DNA from: Mobula hypostoma
Lineage: Eukaryota
Assembly: GCF_963921235.1 (NCBI RefSeq)
Contig: NC_086109.1
Location: 27,778,001 to 27,842,000, forward strand
Direction of reading: 5' to 3'
Length of the DNA: 64,000 bases
Positions 47,150 through 59,279 of this stretch are shown piece after piece. A program made the translations under genes and the position numbers. Position 1 is the stretch's first letter. Every line of letters begins with the position of its first letter. Below the pieces are notes generated by a model, which saw nothing but the letters and a program-made list of their open reading frames with translations, did no database searches and had not been told where the DNA came from.

Positions 47150-48080
47150 AGTTCAAAGTTCAAAGTTAATTTATTATCAAACTCCAGATATGTCACCATA
47201 TACAACCCTAAGATTAATTTTCACGCAGGCATACTCAATAAATCCAATAACCATAATCGAATCAATGAAAGACTACACCAACAGGGCAGACAATCATTGT
47301 GTAAAGGACATCAAACTGTGCAAGTACAACAATAATAAATAAATAAATAAATAAATAAACAAACAGACAAACAAACAATATTTAATCGAGAACATGAGAT
47401 GAAGAGTCCTTGAAAACGAGTCCATCGGTTGTGGTTGTAATGGGGCAAATAAAGTTGAGTGAAGTTGTCCCCTCTGGTTCAAAAGCCTAATAGCTGAGGG
47501 GTAATAACTGTTCCTGAACCTGGTGGTCAGAGTCCTGAGGTTTCTATACCTTCTTCCTGATGGCAGCAATGGGAAGAATTCACACCCTGGGTGGTGGGGG
47601 ACCCTTATGATGGATGCTGCGTTCCTACGACAGCTCTCCTTGCAGAGGTACTCAATGGCGCAATATCATGAAGGATCCTATCCAACCTGCTCATGAACTG
47701 CTTGTTCAATCCCATCAGGGAAGAGGCTACACAGCATGCACACTAAGACCACCAGACTCAAAAACAGTTGCTTCCCCCAAGCCCTCCGGCTGATCAACAC
47801 CTCCGCCATTAACCTGTCCACCACAACCCCACCACCACTACTTTATCAATTCCTGTCAGAGTCACCTTATGTACAGACACTCCTGTGCCTAGCATCACTT
47901 TATGTACATACAGTTTATGTGTATAAGCTAATCTTATGAATTTATATTCATTGTGTTTTATTGTATTCTTAATATGTTTTTTTATATACTGCATTGGATC
48001 CAGAGCATTGGATTAATATTCATTTTGTTCTCTTTTACACTTGTGTACTGATGAATGGCAAACAATTATTGATCTTGAAT
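47150..48080. mobile_element. Two Rex1/Babar-type 3' ends in opposite orientation (minus about 47150-47660; plus about 47660-48080)
   Basis: Minus LPSGRRYRNLRTLTTRFRNSYYPSAIRLLN; plus TKTTRLKNSCFPQALRLIN. Confidence 0.85.
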
Positions 48081-49054
48081 TTTATATTGCAACATCTTCA
48101 AGGATTTTAATATTTTCACTACCGACAGCAGGATTGTCATTAAAGGCTGTTCCATCACGCAGTGCTCCACTGCATTTGAACGGCTTGCCATTTTCTCATC
48201 AAAATTTCAGAATACCCACATGCAGATAGAAAATCACTACTCAGCATGATTTAGAATTTTAATGCCATTGATATTTATGAAGAGGAATTTGAAATAAATG
48301 TATTGGAACCATTCTTTATCATTCTACTTCTTCCTTTCTAAGACATGAGAAGCTGCACTTGGTGATGTCTGCAGCTATTAATTTAATAAACTGCCCTTTT
48401 TACAATGGCACTGGCCATATTAATGATATCAATACATTATGAAAAAAGACCGATTTTTTTCTGAATGGCAAGGGAGGTGGATTCTTTTTATTAAATTGCA
48501 ACATAATGTATGTAAAATAAGCAAACAGAATAAATTACATTTATTCTATATGTTGTGTTTGGCAACTGTTATTAATAATTGCCTGATATCAATTTCTAAG
48601 GAATATCAGAAGAACCATCAAGGCTTTTAGCAGACTTCCAATGGTTTATATGGTGGTAAACAATGATATAATTATCAATATTATTAAATGCAGTAATGAA
48701 AATTTACTGAGGTTTTCTTTTGCTGGAGGACAGAAAATTAATTGAACTAAAATTAGCAAACTGGATAGCAAATACCAAAATTAGATTTTTCAGTGTGGTG
48801 GAGAATTAAGCAGAAAATGTGATAGCTGACTTATAGTAAAGCTTGTATTCCAGCGTAATCTCAGAGTCCTTTCTAAGTGAAAAGTGTGATGCTCCACATC
48901 ATAAAAACTACTCTTTAGCAGCACTAATTAAAAATAAAATAATTTGAAGGCTTGGTTCCAGTTACTAGAGCTCTGCTGACATTTTTATGCTGTTGAATTA
49001 AGATCTCCAGTGCAATACATTCTATACCTCATCAACAGGTCTCACATACAAATC

Positions 49055-49590
49055 ATAGTCATAGATCACTACAGAACAGAAACAGGCTGTTCAGCCCTTC
49101 TAGTCCATGCTGGTTTGTTTTTTTGCCAAGCCCATCTATCTGCACCCTTCATACCTCTCTCATCCATGTACCTATCCAAACATTCCTTAAATGTGACAAT
49201 TGAACACACATCTACCACTTCTGCTGGCAACTCATTTTACGCTCTCACCACTCCCTGAGTGAAGTAGTTCCCCCCACAGATTCCTTTTATATATTTCTCC
49301 TTTCACCATAAGCTATGATCTGTAGTTCCAGTCACACACTGCCGGAAGGTAAAAGCCTGCATACATTCACCCTGTCTATACCTTTATAAGTTTATTTCCC
49401 ACTATGAGATCTCCCCTCATCTCCTGCACTCCAGGGGATAAAATCCTTACCGATTCAACCTCTCCCAGTAATTCAGGTCCTCAAATCCCAGCAAAATTTG
49501 TGTAATTTTCTTCTGCCCTCTTTCAAGCTTATTGATACCTTTAATGCAGGTAGGTGCTCAGAATCTCTAGATTTGGCCTCATCAATCTTC
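49055..49590 (-). mobile_element. CR1 3' end
   Basis: Reverse-complement CR1 tail and C-terminal coding remnants. Confidence 0.75.
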
Positions 49591-50699
49591 AAATCAGTAA
49601 ATGTTTTCATTCTTCTCAAATAACTAAATTAAATACCACTGATAGTTTACCAATTCAAATGAAAGTTGCTTCACATTCACAGAAGGGCAAATCAATAGTT
49701 AGTAAGAACTAAATATTTATCATCTTTTAATATCCTATTTTTCTGCTCATTCCTAAAATGAGAAAGTTAGTCCTATTAAAAGAGGGTATATAGTTTCTTT
49801 AAATTTTAGAAGAATGAAGGACGACTTTATTCATACATATAAGATTGCAGAGTATACATTGAGATATATTTACTCGTTGGGGAGTTACTATCAAGGGAGT
49901 ATAATTACAAAATAAGGAGTCAGTCATTTAAATCCAAGGTGCATAAAGATTTATTCTCCTAGAACTACAAGTACCTGAGAATCTCTGTTGCAGTGTGTGG
50001 TGGAAGCCAGAGCAATAAATATTGCTAAAACTGGAGATAGACAAGACAGTATTGTTTAATGATCTAGGAAATGAATGTTGGGGGACATAAGAGATTCCGC
50101 AGATGCTGGAAATCTTAAGCAACACACACAAATGATTGAGGAACTCAGCAGGTCAGGTAGCATCAATAGACCGAAATAAACAGTTGAGTTTTCGGACCAA
50201 GATCCTTCATCATATCCCAAAACATCGACTTCATTGATGCTGCCTTTCCCACTGAGGGTTATAGGAAACTGGCACAGAAATGAATTGGAGCCAGCATAGA
50301 TCAGCCATGATCATATTATATTAAACAAGAGGGAACGCTTAAAGACCCTGGTGATCTGCTTCTACTCTTCTTGTTTTGTATTCCGACACTTTTGTTTGAA
50401 TTTTTGTGTGATTTAGAATAGATTTACCTGACATATGCTTTTTAATGTTCACATCTTAATATAAATAGTACAAAATTTTTAGCTGTCTAAAACGACTGCA
50501 TTTGACATTTCAACCTCTCTCTTGGCAGTGGTAGTTAATTATTTATTTTGTGATGCACTTAAGGGTAGAATACATCTTTTAAAGAAAATATAGAGTGGAG
50601 TGGGAAGGATGCAAATTTCTGCCTTGATTGGCACACGAGAGCAGTCTTTTTCCAAATAACACCATCATGAATTATCCTTTCTTCAAATGAAATTAAAGG

Positions 50700-50920
50700 A
50701 AATTGCACATGCTGCAAATCCGAAATTAAAGACAAAATGTTCAGCAGGTCAGGTGACATGTATGGAAAAGTGTAAACAGTCAACGCTTTGGGCTAAGATC
50801 CTTCATCAGGACTGATGAAAGTCCTGATAAAGGGTCTCAGACCGAAATGCTGATTGTTTATTCTTTTCCATAGATGCTGCCTGACCTGCTGAGTTCCTCC
50901 AGCTTTTTGTGTATGTTGCA
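50700..50920. mobile_element. Inverted pair of Penelope termini (MITE-like), hammerhead motif on each strand
   Basis: Minus 50777-50814: cagtc-CTGATGA-aggatcttagccc-aaagcgtt-gactg. Plus 50820-50856: agtc-CTGATAA-agggtctcagacc-GAAAtgct-gattg. Confidence 0.8.
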
Positions 50921-51859
50921 AACAAAAGGAGTTAATGAGAATTAATGTTTTTGTGAAGGACACATTACCAAACCTAGAAAAATAGCATGAAAACAATTTA
51001 GTTTAAGTTGCAGAGACAGCAATGAGGGAATTATTCTTCATATAATGTCAAAATGCTTTCCCCTTCCATCCTACTTTATATTCAGCTGAGAAATATGCAA
51101 TTTCAACAGCAACCCCTCTGTCAACATAATTAAATTCATCTCTGTTACAGAAAATGAAAAATAAAAAATCCTGCCAAATCAAACACTTGTGATTTTTGCA
51201 TTAAGAATTTGAACAGATACAAAGAAGAACTTACTGAATGTTTATGTCCATTTCAGCCTGGAGTCTATGTTATAAGCTTTATTTTGGTTACATAATTAAT
51301 CTAATATTCTCCAAACAAAAAAAATGGAACATAAGAATTGAAAAGCAAAAAAAAAATTATGGATGTTAAAAGTCTGAAAGTGAAACATTAAATGCTAGAT
51401 GGACCCAGCAGCAAGGCAGCATCTGTGGAGAGAAACATAAGTTAATGTTTAAGGGCAGTGAGCTTTTGTCCAAAATTTCATATGCAATCCTCAACTTTAA
51501 ACATTAAATCATTTCTCTCTCTCTCTCTTTCATTTTATCTCCACACCTGTTGCTTTATCTGCTATTTCTCGGAATTCCTATTTTTAATGGAGTACAAACA
51601 TTGTTCTCCTTTTCTGAAAAGCAAAATTTCATGCTGGACTGAGAATTATTTTGAAAGAACAGAATGTGATGTTCGTCATAAGGCAACTTTCAAAGTGCTC
51701 TTCCCGGAATTGTAGGAGAGAACTCGCATGAAGTGTTCTATTCTGGTAGGCAATAAGTGATGTGCGATAGGCACTGGTTTTTGTGGCCATAACCTTTTGC
51801 AATTTTATAAATAATCAGCTTGAAAACATTAGAGATAACAATTCCAAATCGTGGATGGC

Positions 51860-52640
51860 ACAAAGGTAAGCATAAAAGTGAATTGTGAAGAGAACCACAG
51901 GCTATAAAGGGATAGATGGACACACACACAACCAGCAAACGGAGAGAGTACAAATAAGAAAATGTGAAACTATCCATTTCGGCAGGAAAAATGAAAAAAA
52001 ATTAAATGATGAGAGATAGAAGAAAAGTAAATAATATTGGTATCCCAGTGCACAACTTGTAAAAGACTAGTATGCAGATACAGCAAGTAATTAGCAAAGT
52101 GAAAATATTACTGATTAATGGTATGAAAACTGAATGCAAAAGTATGTTTTACTTCAATTATTTAGGGTATAGACGAGACACGTCTGAAGTATTTGTAGAG
52201 TATTAGTCAGCTTATTGAAAGAAAGGTGATAATTTACTGGAAGCAGTTCAGAAATTGTTTACTGGACTAATGCCAAGAACAAACAGGCTATCTTATGAGA
52301 AAGGTAGAACAGGCTATGCTTGTATCTTCTTAAAGATTGACAAGGGACCTGATTGAGACAAGCAAGATTTTGAGTGACTTTGGCAGGGCAAACATGGAGA
52401 GGATGTTTCCTCTTATAGAAAAATCTAGAACTAGAGCTCACTTATAAAAATAAGGGATTTTGTTTGTATGCCTTTAGAATTCTTTCTTCAATGAGCAAAA
52501 TTATTGCATAATTTTAGTTAGAAATGGATATTTGCTTGAGAAAAAAGGGAGTAAATGGGAACACGAAACTGAGATTACAAGCAGAGCAATCAAATCTAAT
52601 TAAGTGGCAGAGCCGTCTTGAAAGGCCAAGCAGCCTACTT
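51860..52640 (+). mobile_element. Old CR1 3' fragment
   Basis: Decayed KCETIHFGRKN, LEAVQK..TGLMP remnants. Confidence 0.7.
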
Positions 52641-52694
52641 GTAATAGACCAGCCATCTATAAATACACAAACGTTACAACTGTTGTGGCAGGTT

Positions 52695-53585
52695 CTCATA
52701 TGGTGATGAGGCGGCGTACAGGAGTGAGATAGATTGTCTGGTTCAGTGGCATCATAACAAAGTCATAAAGACACCACAACACAAAAACAGGCCCCTTGGC
52801 CCACCTAGTCCATGCCGAACCATTAATCTGCCTAGTTCCATCAACCTGCACATGGATCATAGCCCTCCATACCCCTCCTATCCATGTACCTATCCAAATT
52901 TCTCTGAAATTGACCCCACATCCACCACTTGCGCTGGACGCTCATTCCACACTCTCAGCACCCTCTGAGTGAAGGAGCTCCCTCTCATGTTGCACTCCTG
53001 CACTCTCCATTCGTAAGACCATGGAACTGATTGTGGACTTTGGGATGGGGAGGTCAGGAGAACATAGACCAGTCCCCACCGAGGGGTCCGCAGTGGAAAG
53101 GGTGAGTAGCTTCAAATTCCTGGGCATCAGCATCACAGAGGATCGATCTTTGGTACAACATAATGATGCAATCACAAAGGTGGCACACCATACATCACAA
53201 GGAGTTTGAGGAAATTTAGAATATCACCAAAGTCCCTAGCACATTTCTAATGGTATATTGCAGAGAGCATTCTGAGTGGTTACATCACCACTCCGTACAA
53301 AGGCTCCAATGCAAAGGATTGACAAAGCTGCAGAGGATTGTAGTCTCAGCCGTCTCCATCATGGGCTACACCCACTCCACCATCAAGGACACCTTCAAAA
53401 GGCAGTGCCTCAAGAAGGTGGCACCCATCATTAAGGATCCTCACTACCCAAGATATGCCCTCTTGTCATGTCAGCAGAGAGAGGGTATAGGAGCCTGAAG
53501 GTGCGCACTCAGTGTTTTAGGAACATCCTCCACTCCTCCCCATTAGGTTTCTGAATGGTCCATGTACACTACCACACTATTTAGG
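52695..53585 (+). mobile_element. Rex1/Babar-type fragment interrupted by a CR1 tail (minus, about 52760-52990); its 3' UTR resumes at 54615-54745
   Basis: TMELIVDFG..AVERVSSFKFLGISITED..IIKDPHYPRYALL. Confidence 0.8.
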
Positions 53586-53589
53586 ATCC

Positions 53590-54612
53590 AAGATTCAAAG
53601 CACATTTATTATAAAAGAATGTATAAATTATATAACCTTGAGATTTGTTTGTTCACAGGTAGCCACAAAGCAGGAAACCGAAAAGAACCCAAATAAAAAA
53701 AAATAAAACTATAAGACCAACACTTGATGCGCAAGTGAAAGGGAAAAAATATCATGCAAACAATTGAAGTGAATGACAATATTCTGAACCTAACTGAGTC
53801 CTCAGATCTGAATCCGGGAGTAGCCCAGAGTAAGCCCAAAGCCTTGCTTCTCAGTTTTTCATATTAGCGGGCACTGAGCACAGCAGCTGGTGCAGTCTTC
53901 ATAGAGAGAGGTGTGACCATTGCTGACAGCAAATGAAATCGGCTCTGGTCTTGGATCCTGACACGCTGTCCTCTCAGTCTATCTGGGCTGCCATTGAAAT
54001 TGACCAAACAACAGAACAGCAAAAGGTTCCAGCGCCCTGAAGAAAGGAGTGAACATCGCGAAGAGTAATCGAAATCAGCTCTTGCGTCCAATCTGAGGCT
54101 GGCATTAAAATGTCTAAGCAGCAGATCTTACCTTGCACTAGGACAGGGCTACTACAAAGGGCTCGGGGCCTAGACCACATCACTCAGTGACTCACGCTGG
54201 GCCCAAATGTTGCCACCCAGCCTGAAGCTCTTCAAATCGCTCAATGCCCAGAACAATCCAACCTTGCACCTGGGCCAAGTTTTACAGGCATTGGAACTCC
54301 TCTGCCCTGATCTCTCCTCACAAAGTCCTGAGTGATCCAACCTCACATCCGGGCCAGTTGTACAGGTATCAGAACTCCGCTGGCCGGATTCCTTCACTCT
54401 GAATGGCTCACTCCACCTGTATCGATTCTGCAACACATCATCTTGGGTCATCCTCCAAACTCGACTCGCCGTCGCTCGCCCCTCTGTTTACAGTGATAAT
54501 TTAACACAAATTACCTCAGAAAAGGTGTTTCTAGTGATATTTTTAGTCAAATCTCTTGCCTTTTGAGCTACTAGTGAGCTGTTACACATGTTTGGTAGCA
54601 CCAACTTAACCT
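53590..54612 (-). mobile_element. ORF-less non-autonomous retroposon (~1 kb) with internal ~77-bp tandem duplication
   Basis: 3' UTR and tail shared with 40085-40935 and 55290-55697; duplication at about 54257-54390. Confidence 0.65.
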
Positions 54613-54746
54613 GGTTTTTGGTTCTCTTGTTGCACTATTTTTAATATTTCATATTGTAATCTTCAGTAATTGTTATGTACTGTTGCCTCAAAACATTTCA
54701 CAACATATGAAGTGTGATAAGAAACTCAATTCTGATTTTGTTCTTA

Positions 54747-54867
54747 TTTTTTGGCATGTGCGATGTTGGCAGGACGATGTCTTTTTCATGCCTTTACAAG
54801 GCACTGAGCGAGAGAGAGAGCGACTGGGTTCGAACCCGGGAACCTCCATTGCACCACCAGCCGGCCC
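54747..54867 (-). mobile_element. 121-bp tRNA-derived mini-SINE with 16-bp TSD
   Basis: TSD TCTGATTTTGTTCTTA (54731-46 / 54868-83); A box TGGTGCAATGG (54846-56), B box GGTTCGAACCC (54826-36), A6 tail. Confidence 0.88.
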
Positions 54868-55489
54868 TCTGATTTTGTTCTTAATTCATATGATTGGTGG
54901 AAGTAGTCATTACTTCAGAGGAAAAAAATATATTATCATTTAAAAACAAAGAAAGCTATTGCTCCTGGCAGTAGATTTCTGAAGGATTCATCATATGGTC
55001 TGACCAGCCATAAAGCTTTAATACTTTCTTTCCAAATTCCAATGACATTACTAATCACTTTATTAATAATGATCACCAGTAATAATGGGGAGGCAAACAG
55101 AGGTGAGGCTAGGTGAGAAGAGGAAGTGGCAAAGGTGAGACATGGTGGAGGTAAGTTGAGGGGAGTGGAGTCCTGATGTCTGATTGATTTAAGCACAGGG
55201 CTGAATTGGAAAGGTTGGATATGGGCCAAATTGTGGCAGCGGGGACCAGGCCCCAGAGCTCCCTGACAGCGGGGAATGACCCAGCATTTGGACAATTTAA
55301 GCAGCAGGTCAGATTAAAAAGGAGCGGAGGGCCGGTTCTGCTCGCTGCTCTGTGCTGAACTGAAGCTGTGGTCTGCTCCAGATGTCGTGATGCCTGGCTG
55401 TGGTGTCTTTCATAAAACTTCAGTTCTGAATGTTATTTGCTTCCTTTCACTGTTTGCATGATCTGTTTTCTTCTCTCCCGCTGGCGCTG

Positions 55490-55580
55490 TCTCTCTCTCT
55501 CTCTCCCCCCCTCCCTCCCTCTCCCTCTCCCTCCCTCCCTCCCTCTCCCTCTCCCTCCCTCCCTCTCCCTCTCCCTCTCC
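55490..55580. repeat. Polypyrimidine (CT)n/(CCCTCT)n microsatellite inside a retroposon 3' part (55290-55697)
   Basis: About 90 bp of pure C/T. Confidence 0.95.
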
Positions 55581-56146
55581 GCATTAGGTGTTTGACAGTC
55601 TTTTTTAAAATGGGTTCTTTCGGGTTTCTTTGTTTTGTGGCTGTGGGAAAGGAGAGAAATCTCAAAGTTGCATTTTGATAATAAATGAACTTTGAACTAA
55701 TAAGCAGCCATTAAAAAAATTCAAATAAAAACAAGCTGGATGTTCTAATGGATTGCCAATACAGCTCTCCAGAAGATTAATCCTGGATTCATCGAAGTGC
55801 AAGACAATCCTCTGGGGTGTTTTATTTAATCCTTGGGTCAATTAAACCACTAATTACCAATGTTCTTGGGAGATTTTCTTCATTGTTAGTTACTTATCAT
55901 TTTGCTGCATAGAAGTCGGGTTAATTCAAGACCAGAGATATAGGAAATGACTGCTGATATTTTATTTAATTTATTTCACATTACTTTGTCTCATGCGTGA
56001 AGAATGCATGATACCAAGTAAGCTAAAATTAGAACCAGGAATTGTCGAGAGTGCATTTTAATTGTTTCTGTGCTACAGAGGTAAACAATATCCACTAGTA
56101 CAAAAGAGGCTTCAATTTCTTTTGCAAAACAATTACATTAATATGG

Positions 56147-56337
56147 CAAACACGAGGAGATCTGCAGATGCTGGAAATTCAAGCAACGCACACAAAATGC
56201 TGGTGGAATGCCACAGACCAGGCAGCATCTATAGGAAGAAGTACAGTCGACGTTTCGGGCCGAGACTCCTCAATGGGACTAACTGAAGGAAGAGATAGTA
56301 AAGAGATTTGAAAGTGGGGGAGGGGGAGATCCAAAAT
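56147..56337 (-). mobile_element. Penelope terminus with mutated hammerhead core and 11-bp TSD
   Basis: TSD CATTAATATGG (56136-46 / 56338-48); minus strand tagtc-ccattga-ggagtctcggccc-GAAACGTC-gactg. Confidence 0.88.
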
Positions 56338-56744
56338 CATTAATATGGTGTGTTTAATATGTTAAATATTGCAGCCAGAATCACAGACCTAGGATATTGC
56401 TGAGCAGAGGAGGGCAAGGCTGTGGGCTGATTTAAAAACGATTAGAATTCTAAAATCAAGGTGATGACAAACCCAGATCCAATATAGATCAGCACCCTAC
56501 AGCAAGGCATGAAAGAAGATCGTGCCAGTTGAATACGGTCAGTTTTGGATGGGCAACTTAATATAAAAAAAATCAGGAACAGAATGCTTGAGAGAGACAA
56601 AATAGATATAGAGAACACATAGATGCCAGCTGAAAAGGATAAGTTAAGCAGAGTCAGGGAGAAGGAATATACAGTGTTGAAAGAAGATGATATTATTGAT
56701 GAAAATGATGAGGAGAGGCAGGGTTTGGAAACTTCACTCGAGAT

Positions 56745-57430
56745 AAAATGTAATAGGCTTGGGATGTCCCCGTCAACCATCGGCAGCTTTGATTGTTGCA
56801 CCGTAGAAAGCATCCTCTCCAGAGCTTGATAAGACAACTGCTCTGCCCCTGACTGTGAGAAACCACCGAGGACTGTGAACACAGCTCATCACATTAGCCT
56901 CCCCTCTAAAGGACTTTGTCTACACTCCTCGGTAAAGTCGTCAGCATGATCCAAGATGCTACCCAACCCAGACATTCTCTCTTATCGCCCTCTCCAGCAG
57001 GCAGAAGTTACAAAAACCTGAAAGCATATGCCACTGGCCTCAAGCACAGCTTCTGTCCTGGAGTCCTAACACTATTGAACTCGTTTGAACTAGTTCTCAT
57101 AGATAGATCCTTCACCTTGCAGTCTGCCTTATTACGAACATGTACCTTAATGTCTACCTGCAACTCAGAATCAGATTTAATATCACCAGTATATTCATGA
57201 AATTTGTTAGCTTTGTGACAGCAGTACAATGCAATACATGATAATACAGGGGAAAAAATTGAAATGCAGTTAAAAAAAAATATACATATATACACACACA
57301 CCTTTTTTCTGTTGATATCTTATCTCGTGCTATCTCAACACACTATTGTATTGAATTCATCTGTATGAATGGTATGAACAGTAGATTTTCACTGTACCTT
57401 GGTATATGTGAAAATCATAAACCAATCTAC
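56745..57430 (+). mobile_element. Old Rex1/Babar-type 3' fragment with an antisense 3' UTR inserted (about 57160-57300)
   Basis: SFDCCTVESILS..AGRSYKNLKAYATGLKHSFCPGVLTLLN. Confidence 0.75.
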
Positions 57431-58099
57431 TAATATACAGTCCTGTACAATTACAAAATCATTGATTGAAACAGAAAATTTATAGCCACTTAGATGGTCA
57501 TTTGATTAAACCACAGAATGCAAAGGGGGGTGTATATTCTTACATGAGGTGGAGATAATTTTGACATTAAATGATATGTTCAAGCAGTTGGCAGCATCAC
57601 TAACAACAAATTTCAGATTGAGATTGAGTAACTATTATATTTATATTTCTATATGGTGTGCATCTTTTCATAATGCCAAGTACGAGTGAAATGGGTTCAT
57701 TCTTGTGCTGTTGTCACAGAGAAAGGAAGGAGCACAGCATTCATCTGCCTACATCTTAACCATGTAATTCCAAGGTCAAAGGCAAGTACAAGATAATGTA
57801 TTTTCCATTTCACACCAGAAAGCCTGGAAAGTACAGGATGAGATGTAAAGAAATTGGGAAAATAATGAGATGTGAAATAACACAAGCGAAAGCAAAGAAA
57901 CCTTAGTGCTATTTTATAAATAAAGAAAGAGCAAGTAAATAACTAAGTGAAGGGCTAGGATGCTTACGGATCAGAAGTGTGGATGGCTATAAGTGGCTCG
58001 TAATGAGTCTTTTGTATCGGAACTCATAAGATTGGGATTCAATACAAATACTCTAGTTATGTAGGGGGAGTACAATGTGCTGTATGAGGTAAACATAAT

Positions 58100-59270
58100 A
58101 GGAAATTTAAGTAGGTATATCTTAAAGCTTTTAAGAACTGAAAGATCACAAAACTAGATCAACATCCACGCTAAGATGTTAAAAGAAGCCAGGGAGGAAA
58201 ATCAAATGCTCTGAGCATAATTTTCTGTAGCTATTGTTGTGGTGCTGGAGGATTGCTAATACAGTTTAAAAAAGGCAAGGGAATTACACTAAATAATTAT
58301 ATCCAGCAGCCAACAACCAACTGTGGGAAAATTACTACAAAACATTATGTTGCTGTGTTGATAATCACATAGATTAAAACGGCTGACATGTTTTTTATTA
58401 AGGGAAACTTGACTGAAATTTTCAATGAGAGAGAAACAGTCGATGAATTGACACATTTGACATGGTCTACATGGACTTTTACAAGGTGCATGTTAAGGGT
58501 TTAAACAGAAAATTAGTGAGCAAAGTAAAAGTCCAGGTTAGTGGCAAGTAATAATCCTGATCCAAAATTGGGCCCCTGGCAAGAACATAGACACTATGTT
58601 ACTGAAAGACTGTTCAGACTGAGGTTTCGAGAGTTTATACTTTTTGTAAAACATTAAAAAGAAGAATATGATTTAGAGATTTTCGTATGTTAGAACACAA
58701 ACCAAATACAAGTCGACCTTCACTAATCTGGCACCATTGGGACCTGAGGAGTGCCGGATTAATGAAAATTACAGAAGGATCACATTAAGCATAATCAGTG
58801 CTGGATTATCGAAGGAACCGGGTAGTCGGATTAGTGAAGGTCAACTGTATTTAATAGTGAGAAAAATAAAAATACAAAGCATACGATATGAATTGATAGA
58901 TCAGATAGATATAAAGGAGGCAAAAGGATTGTAATTACAGTAATGTGAGGTAATACATTCAAAGGCAAACAAGCCTGGGGAAACACAATCAGAAGTATGT
59001 AGAGAACTGGAATGTATGGCTTGAAGGTAGCTAGGATGATAAGGAATAGAGATTGTGTATTTTCCTTCATCAGCCAATACACTGAATATAAAAACAGGAA
59101 GTTTATTATGGAACTATGTGGCTAAGCCACTGCAGGAGTATAGAACACAATTCTGGTCACCACATTACAGGCTGAGGAGAGGGTGTGGGGGAGATTCAGA
59201 AGAAAGGTCCCAGGATAGGAAAACTCTAGTTAATGATGGCCTCTTCTATATTACAAATTGAGTCTAAGAG
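58100..59270 (+). mobile_element. Very old CR1 fragment
   Basis: VYMDFYK; PLQEYRTQFWSPHY remnants. Confidence 0.6.
58709..58847. mobile_element. Second copy of the 881-1034 Tigger-like MITE
   Basis: Same TIRs and body; TA at 58707-08 and 58848-49. Confidence 0.9.
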
Positions 59271-59279
59271 CAAATTTAG

